Below are positions 48,901-57,445 of a stretch of DNA of 64,000 nucleotides, in pieces (position 1 is the first letter of the stretch; each line of letters begins with the position of its first letter). The stretch covers positions 17,058 to 81,057 of the forward strand of contig CAVFVA010000002.1 of assembly GCA_963625835.1 (NCBI GenBank), given 5' to 3'. The notes below the pieces were generated by a model. The model ran no database searches, had not been told where the DNA came from, and was given only the letters and a program-made list of their open reading frames with translations. Both the position numbers and the translations under genes were made by a program. Origin of the DNA: Clostridium sp. AF37-5. GTDB lineage: Bacteria > Bacillota > Clostridia > Oscillospirales > Acutalibacteraceae.

Positions 48901-51900
48901 GATCGTAACCTTTATTATCAGCGTTATCAACGCAAATTCATCGGAAGACACCACAACCGTTTCCATCACATCCGGCTCGGATATCGTTACGGCGGCAGTT
49001 ACCGATGACATCACAAATTCAATAAACATTGATGAAATCACAAAAGAATATTACAATGTGGTTTCCGACAGCGAAAATACAAAAGCTGCGGAAGACTTAT
49101 TAGATGCAGTTGACGAACTTCTTTCAACTCTCCTTTCAAATACATATGTTGACGGCTTCACCGTTGACCAGGCAGACGGAATCCTTTCCGGCGCGGTAAC
49201 ATTCCTTGTTAACCACTTCGGCGTTGACACTGCAAACGATATCGTAAATCTTGTTATGCAGTATGCAAAAACAATCAATGCCGATAATGTTGCAGAGGAC
49301 GACGGCTCCGTAAACGACAAAAAGGTTTATTGCAAAGAAAACCTTTCAAACCTTGTAACTCAAACCTATGTTCTTGTTGAAACGATTATCGACCAAAAGC
49401 TTAATGTTAAGGGCGATACAAACAAGCTTGTAAACGGCGCAATCAAGGGAATCATTTCTCCGAGCGCAATTGCAGTTCGTTCCGATTCAATCAACAAGAA
49501 GATTATGAAAGAGCAAAGCTGGACCGAACTTTCGGCAACAGGCTATGCAAAGAACCTCGGCTACAGCAATCTCAGCGCAGGCGATAAGGACACTTTCTAT
49601 AAAGACCTTATTGATTCGCTCGGCGTTATTCCTGCTGTTTTCGGCACACTTCTTTGCGCAACAGGCTACTACAACAATGTAATCAGCCATGTTCTTTCCG
49701 ATATTTGCGGCAATCTTGATGTTTCCTACACCAAATCACTTCCTGCAAACGCAGACGGCAAGGATGCAACCTTTGCAATCATTCAAGTTGCCTCCAACAT
49801 TATAAACAAGGTTCTTGAAGCTCCTGCTTCATCACTTTTCGGCATTATCAAGGGCGTTGCCTCCAACTTGACCGACGCTGAATTCGGCACAACGGTTAAG
49901 GCGGTTGTTTCTCCCATTACAAACGAAATCAACGGCGCAGCCGACATCGTTTCACTTCTTTCACAATCGCTCAGCAAAACAATTGCAAGCTATGCAAATC
50001 TTGTTGACAACACTGTAAACAATGTTATTCTTAAAGACAGCAACTATTTCGTAAACACAGTCAATGTTATTCTTACCCTTCTCGGTAAAGACTTGATTGA
50101 TATGGATTTGAACAGCATTTTCACTGCCGTTTCTCAGGCAACAAATGCTCAGCTTCTGCTTCTTGTTTACACAGTTGCCGTAAGCATTATCACAAACAGC
50201 TCAATCCTTTCCTCCTTGCTCAACGGCAAGTATCCGGGCATTGTTGATATGGTTTCCAAGCTTTCTCCGAGCAAGCTTCTTGCAATAATCAGAGAAGTTA
50301 TCACATCAACTCAAAACCCGAAGGAAATTGCTTGGACATTCACCGATTATGCCGCTCAGGAAAGCAACACATTCTCTTATCCCAAGGGAATCACCGCTTC
50401 CGACGCAAACTCGGCTGTTACAAGCCTTGACGATCTTGTTAAGAACATCTTCCCGCTTCTTAAGAGCTTCGGTGTTCTTGATGCAGACGGTCTTAACGAC
50501 ATCATTAACGATAAGCTCTTCACAAACGAGCTTGTTACCTCGATTGCAACCGGCGTTTACGGCGCAATCGAAAAGAGTGTAGACCTTATCTCCCCTGCCG
50601 ACCTTGCCGCTTATCTTACAGATTCAAGCTACGGCACAACATATTCATCGGCAGCAAGCACACTTAAGAATTGCTCTTCATGGAGCGATGTTAAATCGGT
50701 TAACTGGGGCTTCACAAACGGCTCTTCTTCCGCTCAGCAAGGCTTCATCAATGCACTTGCAGCTCTTTGCAGACCTGTAAACGACATTCTTGCAGCATTC
50801 CTTGCAGGCGGCGATGTAAACCTCGGCGAAGTTCTTCAAACCGTTCTCAGCAATCTTGAAATAAACACAACCACAACTTCCGGCGATGTTCAGATTAAGA
50901 TTTCTCTCAGCAACAGCATCCTTGTTGTTGAACTTCTTAACAAAGCAGCGTCAGACGCAAAAACAAACACAATTAAGGTTGATCTTAACGAAATCATCGC
51001 TCAGCTTAACGCTCTCAGCATTAAGGGCGGCAACGGCTACGAAAGCGCAATCATTCCGCTTCTTGAAGCTCTTATGTGCGATAATGTTAAATCACCCTCA
51101 CAGTATCTCAGCGATTACAAGAAAGCTAAGGATAACCTCCTTATCGACATTCTTAATCCCATCTTCGGCTTTGTAAACAGGGTTGCCGATAAGCCGTTTG
51201 ACACAATCACGGCTGTTCTTCCGAACCTTGCTTACTTTATCGACAACAACGGTCTCGGCAAAGTTATTGACAACCTGCTTTCACCCGTAACAAGCATCCT
51301 TAAAGTGCTTGAAAACAACGGCGTGAGCGTCGACAAGATTATCGAAGCAGTTGCAGGTAAGTCACTTGCAGATATTATCGGCAACGCCATCGGCGCAGAC
51401 CTCGGCGGTCTTGATTTAAGAATAGGCAATCTTCAGAATTGCAACATTCAGGATTACCTTGCAGACATTATCAATGCCGTTCTTAAGAAGAACAACATTA
51501 ACATCAAGATCGGCAATATCGACTTCGGCTTCCTTGCAAGCCTCGGCGATCTTAACACAGTTTACGGCGCAGCAGGCTCAATCAAGCAAATCACCGCAAA
51601 TCAGGGTCAGGTTCTTGTTACCTTGCTTCGCTACATCGAAAGCGTTCTTATCAACAACGCTTCCGCAATTAACAAGCTGCTCGGCAACATCGACGCAATC
51701 AAGAATAATGCAACAATCAAGGGCATCCTTGACAGCGTATTCGCAAACATTGCAACAGCAAACAGAGATGATATTGTTCTTGCAATATTCTATCTCCTTC
51801 TCGGTCAGCCGACAGACACATTCTTTGATTATTCAAACTTCCAGCTTAAGGATTACTCCTTCTCTTATCCCTCAACGGTTGATGTTGACTTCTTAGAGGT

Positions 51901-53155
51901 TATCGGTCCCATGATCGACGGTCTTGTAGGCGGTCTTGTTCCGGGAGGACTTTCAAGCCTTGTAACTGCCAATGTTTATAAAGACAGCATTATCAGCTCT
52001 ATGGCAACAGGCATTTACGGCGCAGTTGAAAAGGTTAAGGTTGGCAACATGAGCCTTACCTCGCTTCTTGCTCAAACAGGCATTGATTTCACAACCGACA
52101 ATGTTGCTTCGCTTCTTACGGATAAGAGCTACGGTCAAACCTTTGAATCCGCAGCAAAAACAATCAAGAGCGCAGGCTCTTGGGCAAATGTTAAAGCCGA
52201 CAAGCTTTCTTGGGGCGTTACAGACAGAGACAGCTTCCTCCACGCGCTTTGCGCAGTGCTTCGCCCGGTTTACGGAGTGCTTGATGTGCTTCTTAACGAC
52301 GGCTCACTCGGTCTCTTCAATCTTATCTATCTACCCGGTTCGGACGGATATACTTCCACAATAGTTCCGATCATGGAGGCATTCGGTCTTTACAACATCA
52401 AGACTCAGTATCAATACAGAGAAGATATGAGCAAAGAATATGACGCTATCCTGCTTGATATTCTTAATCCTCTTCTTGACAAGGTTGAGGATATCCTCAA
52501 TGCTCCTATCCAAACTCTTATGAGCATGCTTCCGAACCTTTCACTCTTCTTTGCAAACGACGGATTGCTTCAGGTTATCGAAAACCTTACCACTCCGATC
52601 AGAGCACTTATTGACGCACTTAAGCCCATAGCAAATATCAATGATATTCTTGTGGCAGCAGGTCTCAATATTCAGAAGACGCTTTCCGGTCTCGGTCTTG
52701 TTGACAGCAACTATAAGTTCGATATCTACGATCTTACAGCTTCGCTTAAGCCGCTCATCGGCTCCGACAATATCGTTTCCCTTCTCAACAAGGTTATCGG
52801 CATGATCAAGATTTCCGGCACACCGCTCGGAATCGAGCTTATGCCTATCGATTGGTTCCAGCTTGCTTCTCACGGCGAATACATCACCGACGAAGCTTCG
52901 CAGGCTTCCACCACAGGCAAGAGAGTTTATGTTCAGGCTGATTCCAATGAAGTGCTTATAGCTGTTCTTCGTTACCTGATTAACACAGTTAACTACAAGG
53001 ATAACTACAACACCATCAGCAACCTCATCGGCAGCCTCATCGGCGGCGCAAGCAGCTCCGTATCTCAGGTAGTTGATCAGGTTCTCGGAATGCTTACCGG
53101 CGACACGGATCAGGTTATCTCCGATCTTTGCGGACTTCTTCAAACTCTTGCTTAA
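45941..53155 (+). CDS. ~2400-aa secreted protein with ~500-aa internal amphipathic-helix repeats, function unknown
   Basis: AAAGGAG RBS; signal peptide ...GMSAFA; repeated FSYP...ATG(V/I)YGA.EK...WG...F..AL....RP...G..GY...I.P..EA...LPNL..F. Confidence 0.85.
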   Translation: MIMKTSKRLLSLLLAVVMVITTCSVGMSAFAADESDDVFTYVTDEGKAVDITYESLNNLVNTYAPEIIKLINQNGKLTELGVDVDAVCASEKPIYELLAQLSPTLIQLMGGSNGDSDAVIKSVLIDAGAISSDMADLDKEKAMRFVYAQYAYLTDDDAAMSIWSLYKFCMDNEKSDNKDLKKYCTDTKDVLKPLILAFSNAYDVAKASVSADFATVEEYVRTKVIGEGAFQENTFSSMVSTSFFTPYLLNAPSFGKSEVNEASNVISMGGGAELTAIPASLAEAKKIVASGSAFKGKNLTDINASSDSTVATFINKVVELCEAVNAPISANPSLAEAAYWYYNQPIRSTNAVLTKVLTDISGESVFVDDLGLIFEIKPGEYFYDACRVNDMTYDFFAELTGAPSKTTEDSFWYALYDTSFSWCELVSANIFANQSSDPAASSWMYQKGFTASDFAAIKTRIGDLLKAKSATNVSEITEDEFINGTGSVPAVKADGSLSSFVKFYLTNELFSSIPLAAIYAWDGTEDGITDAMNVAGSHAQYIFEGYLTFATSKEVEPTITATYDWNKVKPDNDLAIEIVNANINAYINYVREGIPGVSIDIYTLASGIISNLTDSLTLNTLLEKVTDIYKNLANDPVKTIFELLPVIVVVLDDVLVPLLFNQQGDMYFEQINGILSNLLNEKNLSQASGSPTGIGQIGWNLNEVLPTLLHWLNGDNSYTYTYYNVDTTNETKYVYGTPTTGANGTKYDNDGNKLDHVPVILNIYAVDKKLADAAASDLGSSDAVSEIISTVMNLLVSDVDSYVANHGSDIGKYIIDQGDEKQIVFRGINNVFVALPSIISAVGESALAAYNVPSDWTFGEFATDSDGCKYNVSSKEFKDLCKNNESAAKVLETFVDMFVNNWFNALTDFLNDVVSTDNTITKDIPVVASLLQGVDLFGETSVLTDVLNGFFLMNREHADSFTFEPRENGYVGISTLSAYFLLCNVEPIVTFIISVINANSSEDTTTVSITSGSDIVTAAVTDDITNSINIDEITKEYYNVVSDSENTKAAEDLLDAVDELLSTLLSNTYVDGFTVDQADGILSGAVTFLVNHFGVDTANDIVNLVMQYAKTINADNVAEDDGSVNDKKVYCKENLSNLVTQTYVLVETIIDQKLNVKGDTNKLVNGAIKGIISPSAIAVRSDSINKKIMKEQSWTELSATGYAKNLGYSNLSAGDKDTFYKDLIDSLGVIPAVFGTLLCATGYYNNVISHVLSDICGNLDVSYTKSLPANADGKDATFAIIQVASNIINKVLEAPASSLFGIIKGVASNLTDAEFGTTVKAVVSPITNEINGAADIVSLLSQSLSKTIASYANLVDNTVNNVILKDSNYFVNTVNVILTLLGKDLIDMDLNSIFTAVSQATNAQLLLLVYTVAVSIITNSSILSSLLNGKYPGIVDMVSKLSPSKLLAIIREVITSTQNPKEIAWTFTDYAAQESNTFSYPKGITASDANSAVTSLDDLVKNIFPLLKSFGVLDADGLNDIINDKLFTNELVTSIATGVYGAIEKSVDLISPADLAAYLTDSSYGTTYSSAASTLKNCSSWSDVKSVNWGFTNGSSSAQQGFINALAALCRPVNDILAAFLAGGDVNLGEVLQTVLSNLEINTTTTSGDVQIKISLSNSILVVELLNKAASDAKTNTIKVDLNEIIAQLNALSIKGGNGYESAIIPLLEALMCDNVKSPSQYLSDYKKAKDNLLIDILNPIFGFVNRVADKPFDTITAVLPNLAYFIDNNGLGKVIDNLLSPVTSILKVLENNGVSVDKIIEAVAGKSLADIIGNAIGADLGGLDLRIGNLQNCNIQDYLADIINAVLKKNNINIKIGNIDFGFLASLGDLNTVYGAAGSIKQITANQGQVLVTLLRYIESVLINNASAINKLLGNIDAIKNNATIKGILDSVFANIATANRDDIVLAIFYLLLGQPTDTFFDYSNFQLKDYSFSYPSTVDVDFLEVIGPMIDGLVGGLVPGGLSSLVTANVYKDSIISSMATGIYGAVEKVKVGNMSLTSLLAQTGIDFTTDNVASLLTDKSYGQTFESAAKTIKSAGSWANVKADKLSWGVTDRDSFLHALCAVLRPVYGVLDVLLNDGSLGLFNLIYLPGSDGYTSTIVPIMEAFGLYNIKTQYQYREDMSKEYDAILLDILNPLLDKVEDILNAPIQTLMSMLPNLSLFFANDGLLQVIENLTTPIRALIDALKPIANINDILVAAGLNIQKTLSGLGLVDSNYKFDIYDLTASLKPLIGSDNIVSLLNKVIGMIKISGTPLGIELMPIDWFQLASHGEYITDEASQASTTGKRVYVQADSNEVLIAVLRYLINTVNYKDNYNTISNLIGSLIGGASSSVSQVVDQVLGMLTGDTDQVISDLCGLLQTLA

Positions 53156-53187
53156 TTCAAATTGAATAAAGCAAAAGCCTAAAAATT

Positions 53188-53213
53188 AAGAGCACCTCTT
53201 CGGAGGTGCTCTT
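53188..53213 (+). terminator. Intrinsic terminator of 2404-aa gene
   Basis: AAGAGCACCTC-ttcg-GAGGTGCTCTT. Confidence 0.85.
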
Positions 53214-53284
53214 TGCTATTGTTGCCGATAGCATTCGTTGCCCGTTGAAAGCAAATTCAAAAGCTTTGCAGTATAAAATTTTGC

Positions 53285-53530
53285 TTGACAAAATAAAATT
53301 GTTGCGTTAAAATACGCAATATCGAGTAGCAAAAAAGCGTAAGTCCGGATGAGGACTTGCGCTTTTCTGTTTTTCACGGAGGTATAGTGTGAAAAATCAC
53401 ACTATAAAATATATTGCCTTCAAAATTTGCCTGCGGCATAATTTTGAATTGGCTGAAATCACCATTCACGCCTGTTTAGGCAACACAGAGCATTCGGTGA
53501 TTTTTAATAAACTATTTGTTGCCTGAAAGG
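53285..53530 (+). promoter_or_regulatory. Promoter and structured attenuator leader of MFS gene
   Basis: TTGACA-N17-TAAAAT (53285-53313), early terminator-like hairpin 53333-53374, further hairpins covering the uORF start and MFS RBS. Confidence 0.7.
53389..53526 (+). CDS. 45-aa leader peptide (uORF)
   Basis: CGGAGGT RBS, GTG start: MKNHTIKYIAFKICLRHNFELAEITIHACLGNTEHSVIFNKLFVA; stop overlaps GAAAGG RBS of MFS. Confidence 0.55.
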   Translation: MKNHTIKYIAFKICLRHNFELAEITIHACLGNTEHSVIFNKLFVA

Positions 53531-53532
53531 CT

Positions 53533-54792
53533 ATGGTGATTTTTATGAAAGAAAATAACAAGTTGTGGAGCAAGAATTTTATATTGATTATAATCATCAA
53601 TTTTCTTGTGTTTTTAAATCACTTGATGGTTTTGTCGGCATTTCCGCTCTTCATCACAAACAGTAAAGCGTTTGCCGAAATCGGCTCGGACACGATAGCA
53701 GGAGCCTGTGCAACAGTGTTTTCGCTGATAGGTGTTGTGTGCCGCCCGTTTGTGGGCTTTATGCTTGACAACGGAAAGCGCCGTTCGATTTTGATTATCG
53801 GCTTAATTCTGATGGCGCTTATGCCCATGGGCTATCTTTTTGCAAGCACTCTGCTTGTTTCAATTGCTCTTGCGATTGTTTGCCGAATGGCTCACGGCGT
53901 TGCGCTTGCTTTTTCAAACACTGCAACCTCAACAATCGCAACGGATGTTATTCCGAAAGCGCGCTTCAGCGAGGGCATGGGCATGTTCGGTATGGCAACT
54001 GCGCTTGCAACGGCAATTGCACCGTCAATCGGTCAGCTTCTTATGAAAAAAGCGTCACACATCGGCGAAAAAACAATATACGATTTTAAATATCTTTTCA
54101 TCGCCGCAACAGCGATTATGGTTTTATCGCTTGTGCTTTTCATATTTTTAAAAACGCCGAAAATTAACGTTGAAAATAAGCCGTTTTCATTTAAAAATCT
54201 TATCGACAGGGATTCGCTGCCTGCATCGCTCACAACATTGATTTTTCTTATAACATACGGTTCGCTCGAAAATTTTACAATCAAATTTGCAATGGAAAGC
54301 GAAGATATTTCGATTTCGGGCGGCATTTATTTTGCACTTATGGCAGTTATGCTTTTTTTGACAAGAATATCAATCGGCAGGATTTCTGACAAAAAAGGCG
54401 AAAGCATTTTTGTTTATTCCTGCAACGGTGCAATGTTTGCCGCACTTATGCTCATCGCCCTTGTGCCGTGCAATGCTTCGTTTATCATATCCGCACTGCT
54501 TTCCGGTTATGCCTTCGGCGGACTTGAGCCGGCGCTTCAGGCAATGGCGGTCAGCATTGCGCCGCCTAATAAAAGAGGGGCTGCAAATTCCACATTTCTT
54601 TGCGCATATGATATAGGAATCGGCGCCGGCGGCGGACTTGCCGGATTGCTTATTGATACGGTTGGATATAATCATATGTTTGCAATAATTGCGGCGGCAA
54701 ATATTTTGTCTGTTGTAATTTATGTTATTATCGGCAGACATCATCCCTCATCAATTACATTTCGCCTTGAAAACGGGAAAAAAGGCAAATAA
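53533..54792 (+). CDS. MFS transporter (efflux-type)
   Basis: About 12 TM, RPFVGFMLDNGKRR and GRISDKKG motif-A variants. Confidence 0.9.
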   Translation: MVIFMKENNKLWSKNFILIIIINFLVFLNHLMVLSAFPLFITNSKAFAEIGSDTIAGACATVFSLIGVVCRPFVGFMLDNGKRRSILIIGLILMALMPMGYLFASTLLVSIALAIVCRMAHGVALAFSNTATSTIATDVIPKARFSEGMGMFGMATALATAIAPSIGQLLMKKASHIGEKTIYDFKYLFIAATAIMVLSLVLFIFLKTPKINVENKPFSFKNLIDRDSLPASLTTLIFLITYGSLENFTIKFAMESEDISISGGIYFALMAVMLFLTRISIGRISDKKGESIFVYSCNGAMFAALMLIALVPCNASFIISALLSGYAFGGLEPALQAMAVSIAPPNKRGAANSTFLCAYDIGIGAGGGLAGLLIDTVGYNHMFAIIAAANILSVVIYVIIGRHHPSSITFRLENGKKGK

Positions 54793-54855
54793 TTTTTCAA
54801 ACAAAAAATCCGCAGCTTGGGCGCACTACATAAAAATGCGGTTCCATGCTGCGGA

Positions 54856-55056
54856 TTATTCTTTAACAAATTTTATAATATCGCCGACTTCGCAATCAAG
54901 CGCATAGCAAAGGGCATCCAAAGTTTTTGTGCTGATTGCCTCGCCCTTTTTCATTCTGTAAAATGTGTTTGCCGAAAAGCCCTGCTTAAAGATAAGATAA
55001 TATTCCGTTATATTCTTTTTAAACAGCGTTTCGTAAAACGGCTCATAACTTATCAT
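54856..55056 (-). CDS. Small XRE/Cro-like HTH regulator
   Basis: MISYEPFYETL...ISTKTLDALCYALDCEVGDII, 66 aa. Confidence 0.85.
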   Translation of the reverse strand: MISYEPFYETLFKKNITEYYLIFKQGFSANTFYRMKKGEAISTKTLDALCYALDCEVGDIIKFVKE

Positions 55057-55083
55057 ATTATCACCGCTGTAATTTTATCATAC

Positions 55084-55113
55084 TCAACAGCTTGACAATA
55101 TTCAATATATTGA
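55084..55113. promoter_or_regulatory. Two tandem TCAA-N4-TTGA palindromes (probable XRE operators) overlapping TTGACA
   Basis: TCAAcagcTTGA 55084-55095 and TCAAtataTTGA 55102-55113. Confidence 0.6.
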
Positions 55114-55154
55114 GTATGCATATACATGTTATTTTTTGACAAAAGGAAAAAATT

Positions 55155-55691
55155 ATGTATTGTAAAAATTGTGGTAAGCCGATGAACGATAATCAGGCAA
55201 TCTGTTTGAATTGCGGCGTAAATGCCGGGTGCGGCAATAAATTTTGCGCAAACTGCGGAGAACCTGTGAATGAAAACGCCGCCGTTTGCACGCATTGCGG
55301 CGTTACAATCAAAAAAATCGCACAGCCTCAAGCAGGCACGGTTTTGAGCAAAGAAGAAGCGTATAAAAAACTTGCCGAATATGAAAAAACAGCGGCAATC
55401 ATTTGGTTTGTTATAGCCGCGCTGCAAATTATAGGCGGCATATTTACCTATTACGCCCCCGCTCTTGTAGGTTGCTGGAATATTTACACAGGTATTCAGC
55501 GAATTAAGCACAGCAAAACCCTTGCGGAAATGCCTGCCGGCATTTATGTATATTATGAAAAGCAAGGCACGGCAAATATTATTTTCCTTGTGGTTAACAT
55601 TATTTTGGGCGGACTTATCGGCGGTATCGCCTCGGGATATGATATTTATATCCGAAGCTTTGTTATGAAAAACAGAGAAATATTTGAATAA
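55155..55691 (+). CDS. Zinc-ribbon membrane protein
   Basis: Four CxxCG motifs followed by TM helices; AAAGGA RBS. Confidence 0.8.
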   Translation: MYCKNCGKPMNDNQAICLNCGVNAGCGNKFCANCGEPVNENAAVCTHCGVTIKKIAQPQAGTVLSKEEAYKKLAEYEKTAAIIWFVIAALQIIGGIFTYYAPALVGCWNIYTGIQRIKHSKTLAEMPAGIYVYYEKQGTANIIFLVVNIILGGLIGGIASGYDIYIRSFVMKNREIFE

Positions 55692-55916
55692 GAACCTTGG
55701 CTGCAATTTTGATTGCAGCCTTTTCTTTTTGCCATGTGCAGAATGCACCGACGGTATGATAATTCGGGCGCAAAACAAATTTCTTCACAAAACATATTTT
55801 TTCTTTACAAGATTGACTGCGGCGGTGTATAATGCTATTGTACGCACAATATTTTCTTGTTCGGCGATTTGATTGGCTGCAAAGTGAAAAATCATTTCGC
55901 CTCGGAGGTAAAATTT

Positions 55917-57392
55917 ATGAAAAAAGCATTATTGGCAATTCCTGCCGCAATAGGTGCAGGGCTTGCCGCAACGGCAGTTAAGGCGGCAAATTTTAAAGCG
56001 GAAAACAAAACGCACACCGAGCTGCCGCCCGAAAATGTTGATATTGAAAGAGCTGCAAACCACCTTTCGCAGGCAATTCAAATCAAAACCGTTTCAAACG
56101 ACGACAGCAGCAAGGTTGACTGGAGCGAATTTGAAAAATTCCATGCCTTTTTGGCAGATGCGTTTCCGCATATAACCGAAACGCTCAGCCGAGAAAAGGT
56201 GAGCGAAGCCAGCCTTATATACAAATGGCAGGGCACGGACGAAAGCCTGAAACCGATTGCGTTTTTATCGCATATGGATGTGGTGCCGATTTCCGAGGGC
56301 ACGGAGCAGGATTGGGAATATCCCCCGTTTGAGGGGCACAATGACGGCACCTTCATTTGGGGGCGCGGTGCGCTTGATATGAAAAATCACCTTATTTGCC
56401 TGATGGAGAGTATTGAAACCTTGCTTGAGGAGGGCTTTGTGCCGGCACGCAGCGTTTATCTTTGCTTTGGGCACAACGAGGAAATAGTTGCCTCTGCAAA
56501 TTCAGGTGCAAATGATATTATGGAAACACTCAGAGCCCGTGGCGTTGAGTTAGACAGCATTATAGATGAGGGCGGCGCAATGGTGCCGGCGCAGGTAAAA
56601 GGGCTTTTAGACGGCAAATTAGCCGGCATAGGCGTTGCCGAAAAAGGATATGCCGATTTTAAGCTTTCCGTTAAAGCAAAAGGCGGTCATTCATCTCAGC
56701 CGCCGAAGCACACGGCAATCGGCGAAATTTCAAAAGCCGTTGTTCGCCTTGAGAAAAAGCAATTCAAGGGCGAAATTCCCGATTACTTAAACAAAATGTT
56801 TATGGAAGTGGGCAGGCACTGCACTTACCCCGGCAGATTTGTTATGTGCAACTACAAATTGCTTGAGCCGCTTGTTAAATTTGCAATGCTGCAAATTCCG
56901 CCTGCCGCTTCAATGGTGCACACCACCATGGGCGTTACGATGAGCAGCGGAAGCCCTGCGGCAAATGTGCTGCCGCAAAGCGCAAGCGTAACGATAAACT
57001 GCCGCATTATGCCCGGCGAAAGCATTGCCTCCACAAAGGAGCACATAAGAAAAGCCATTAAAAACGACAATATCGAAATAGAACTTTTAAAGGGCAAAGA
57101 GCCGTCGCTCATCTCCCCCACCGACACAAAAGCGTTTAATACGATTAAGGAGATAACCGAAGCGGCAAACCCGACTGCGATTGTGACCCCGTTTCTTGTT
57201 ATGGGCGGAACGGACGCTTACCATTACGAGCCGATTTGCGAAAACATTTATCGCTTTGCGCCGTTTACAGCGTCCACCGAGCTTTTGCTCACCACCCATT
57301 CAACAAACGAAAGGTGCCCGATAGAGCAGCTCGGAGCCGGAATAACCTTCTTCAAACGCTATATCAAGGCGATGACGGCAGAGGAAAAATAA
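55917..57392 (+). CDS. M20 family metallopeptidase/amidohydrolase (carboxypeptidase S/PM20D1-like)
   Basis: SHMDVVP, WGRGALDMK, GHNEE, DEGG, GGHSS, GGTDA, HSTNER. Confidence 0.9.
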   Translation: MKKALLAIPAAIGAGLAATAVKAANFKAENKTHTELPPENVDIERAANHLSQAIQIKTVSNDDSSKVDWSEFEKFHAFLADAFPHITETLSREKVSEASLIYKWQGTDESLKPIAFLSHMDVVPISEGTEQDWEYPPFEGHNDGTFIWGRGALDMKNHLICLMESIETLLEEGFVPARSVYLCFGHNEEIVASANSGANDIMETLRARGVELDSIIDEGGAMVPAQVKGLLDGKLAGIGVAEKGYADFKLSVKAKGGHSSQPPKHTAIGEISKAVVRLEKKQFKGEIPDYLNKMFMEVGRHCTYPGRFVMCNYKLLEPLVKFAMLQIPPAASMVHTTMGVTMSSGSPAANVLPQSASVTINCRIMPGESIASTKEHIRKAIKNDNIEIELLKGKEPSLISPTDTKAFNTIKEITEAANPTAIVTPFLVMGGTDAYHYEPICENIYRFAPFTASTELLLTTHSTNERCPIEQLGAGITFFKRYIKAMTAEEK

Positions 57393-57445
57393 TGTGAAAA
57401 TCACACTTTTTAAATTACATTACATTAAAGGCTACGGTGATTTAT

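Noticed and set aside
53387..57409. Recurrent GTGAAAA(A)TCA motif at 53389, 55884 and 57394 as a shared operator
   Set aside because: Spacing differs between copies, one is part of an RNA hairpin/uORF start, and chance occurrence in AT-rich DNA is plausible
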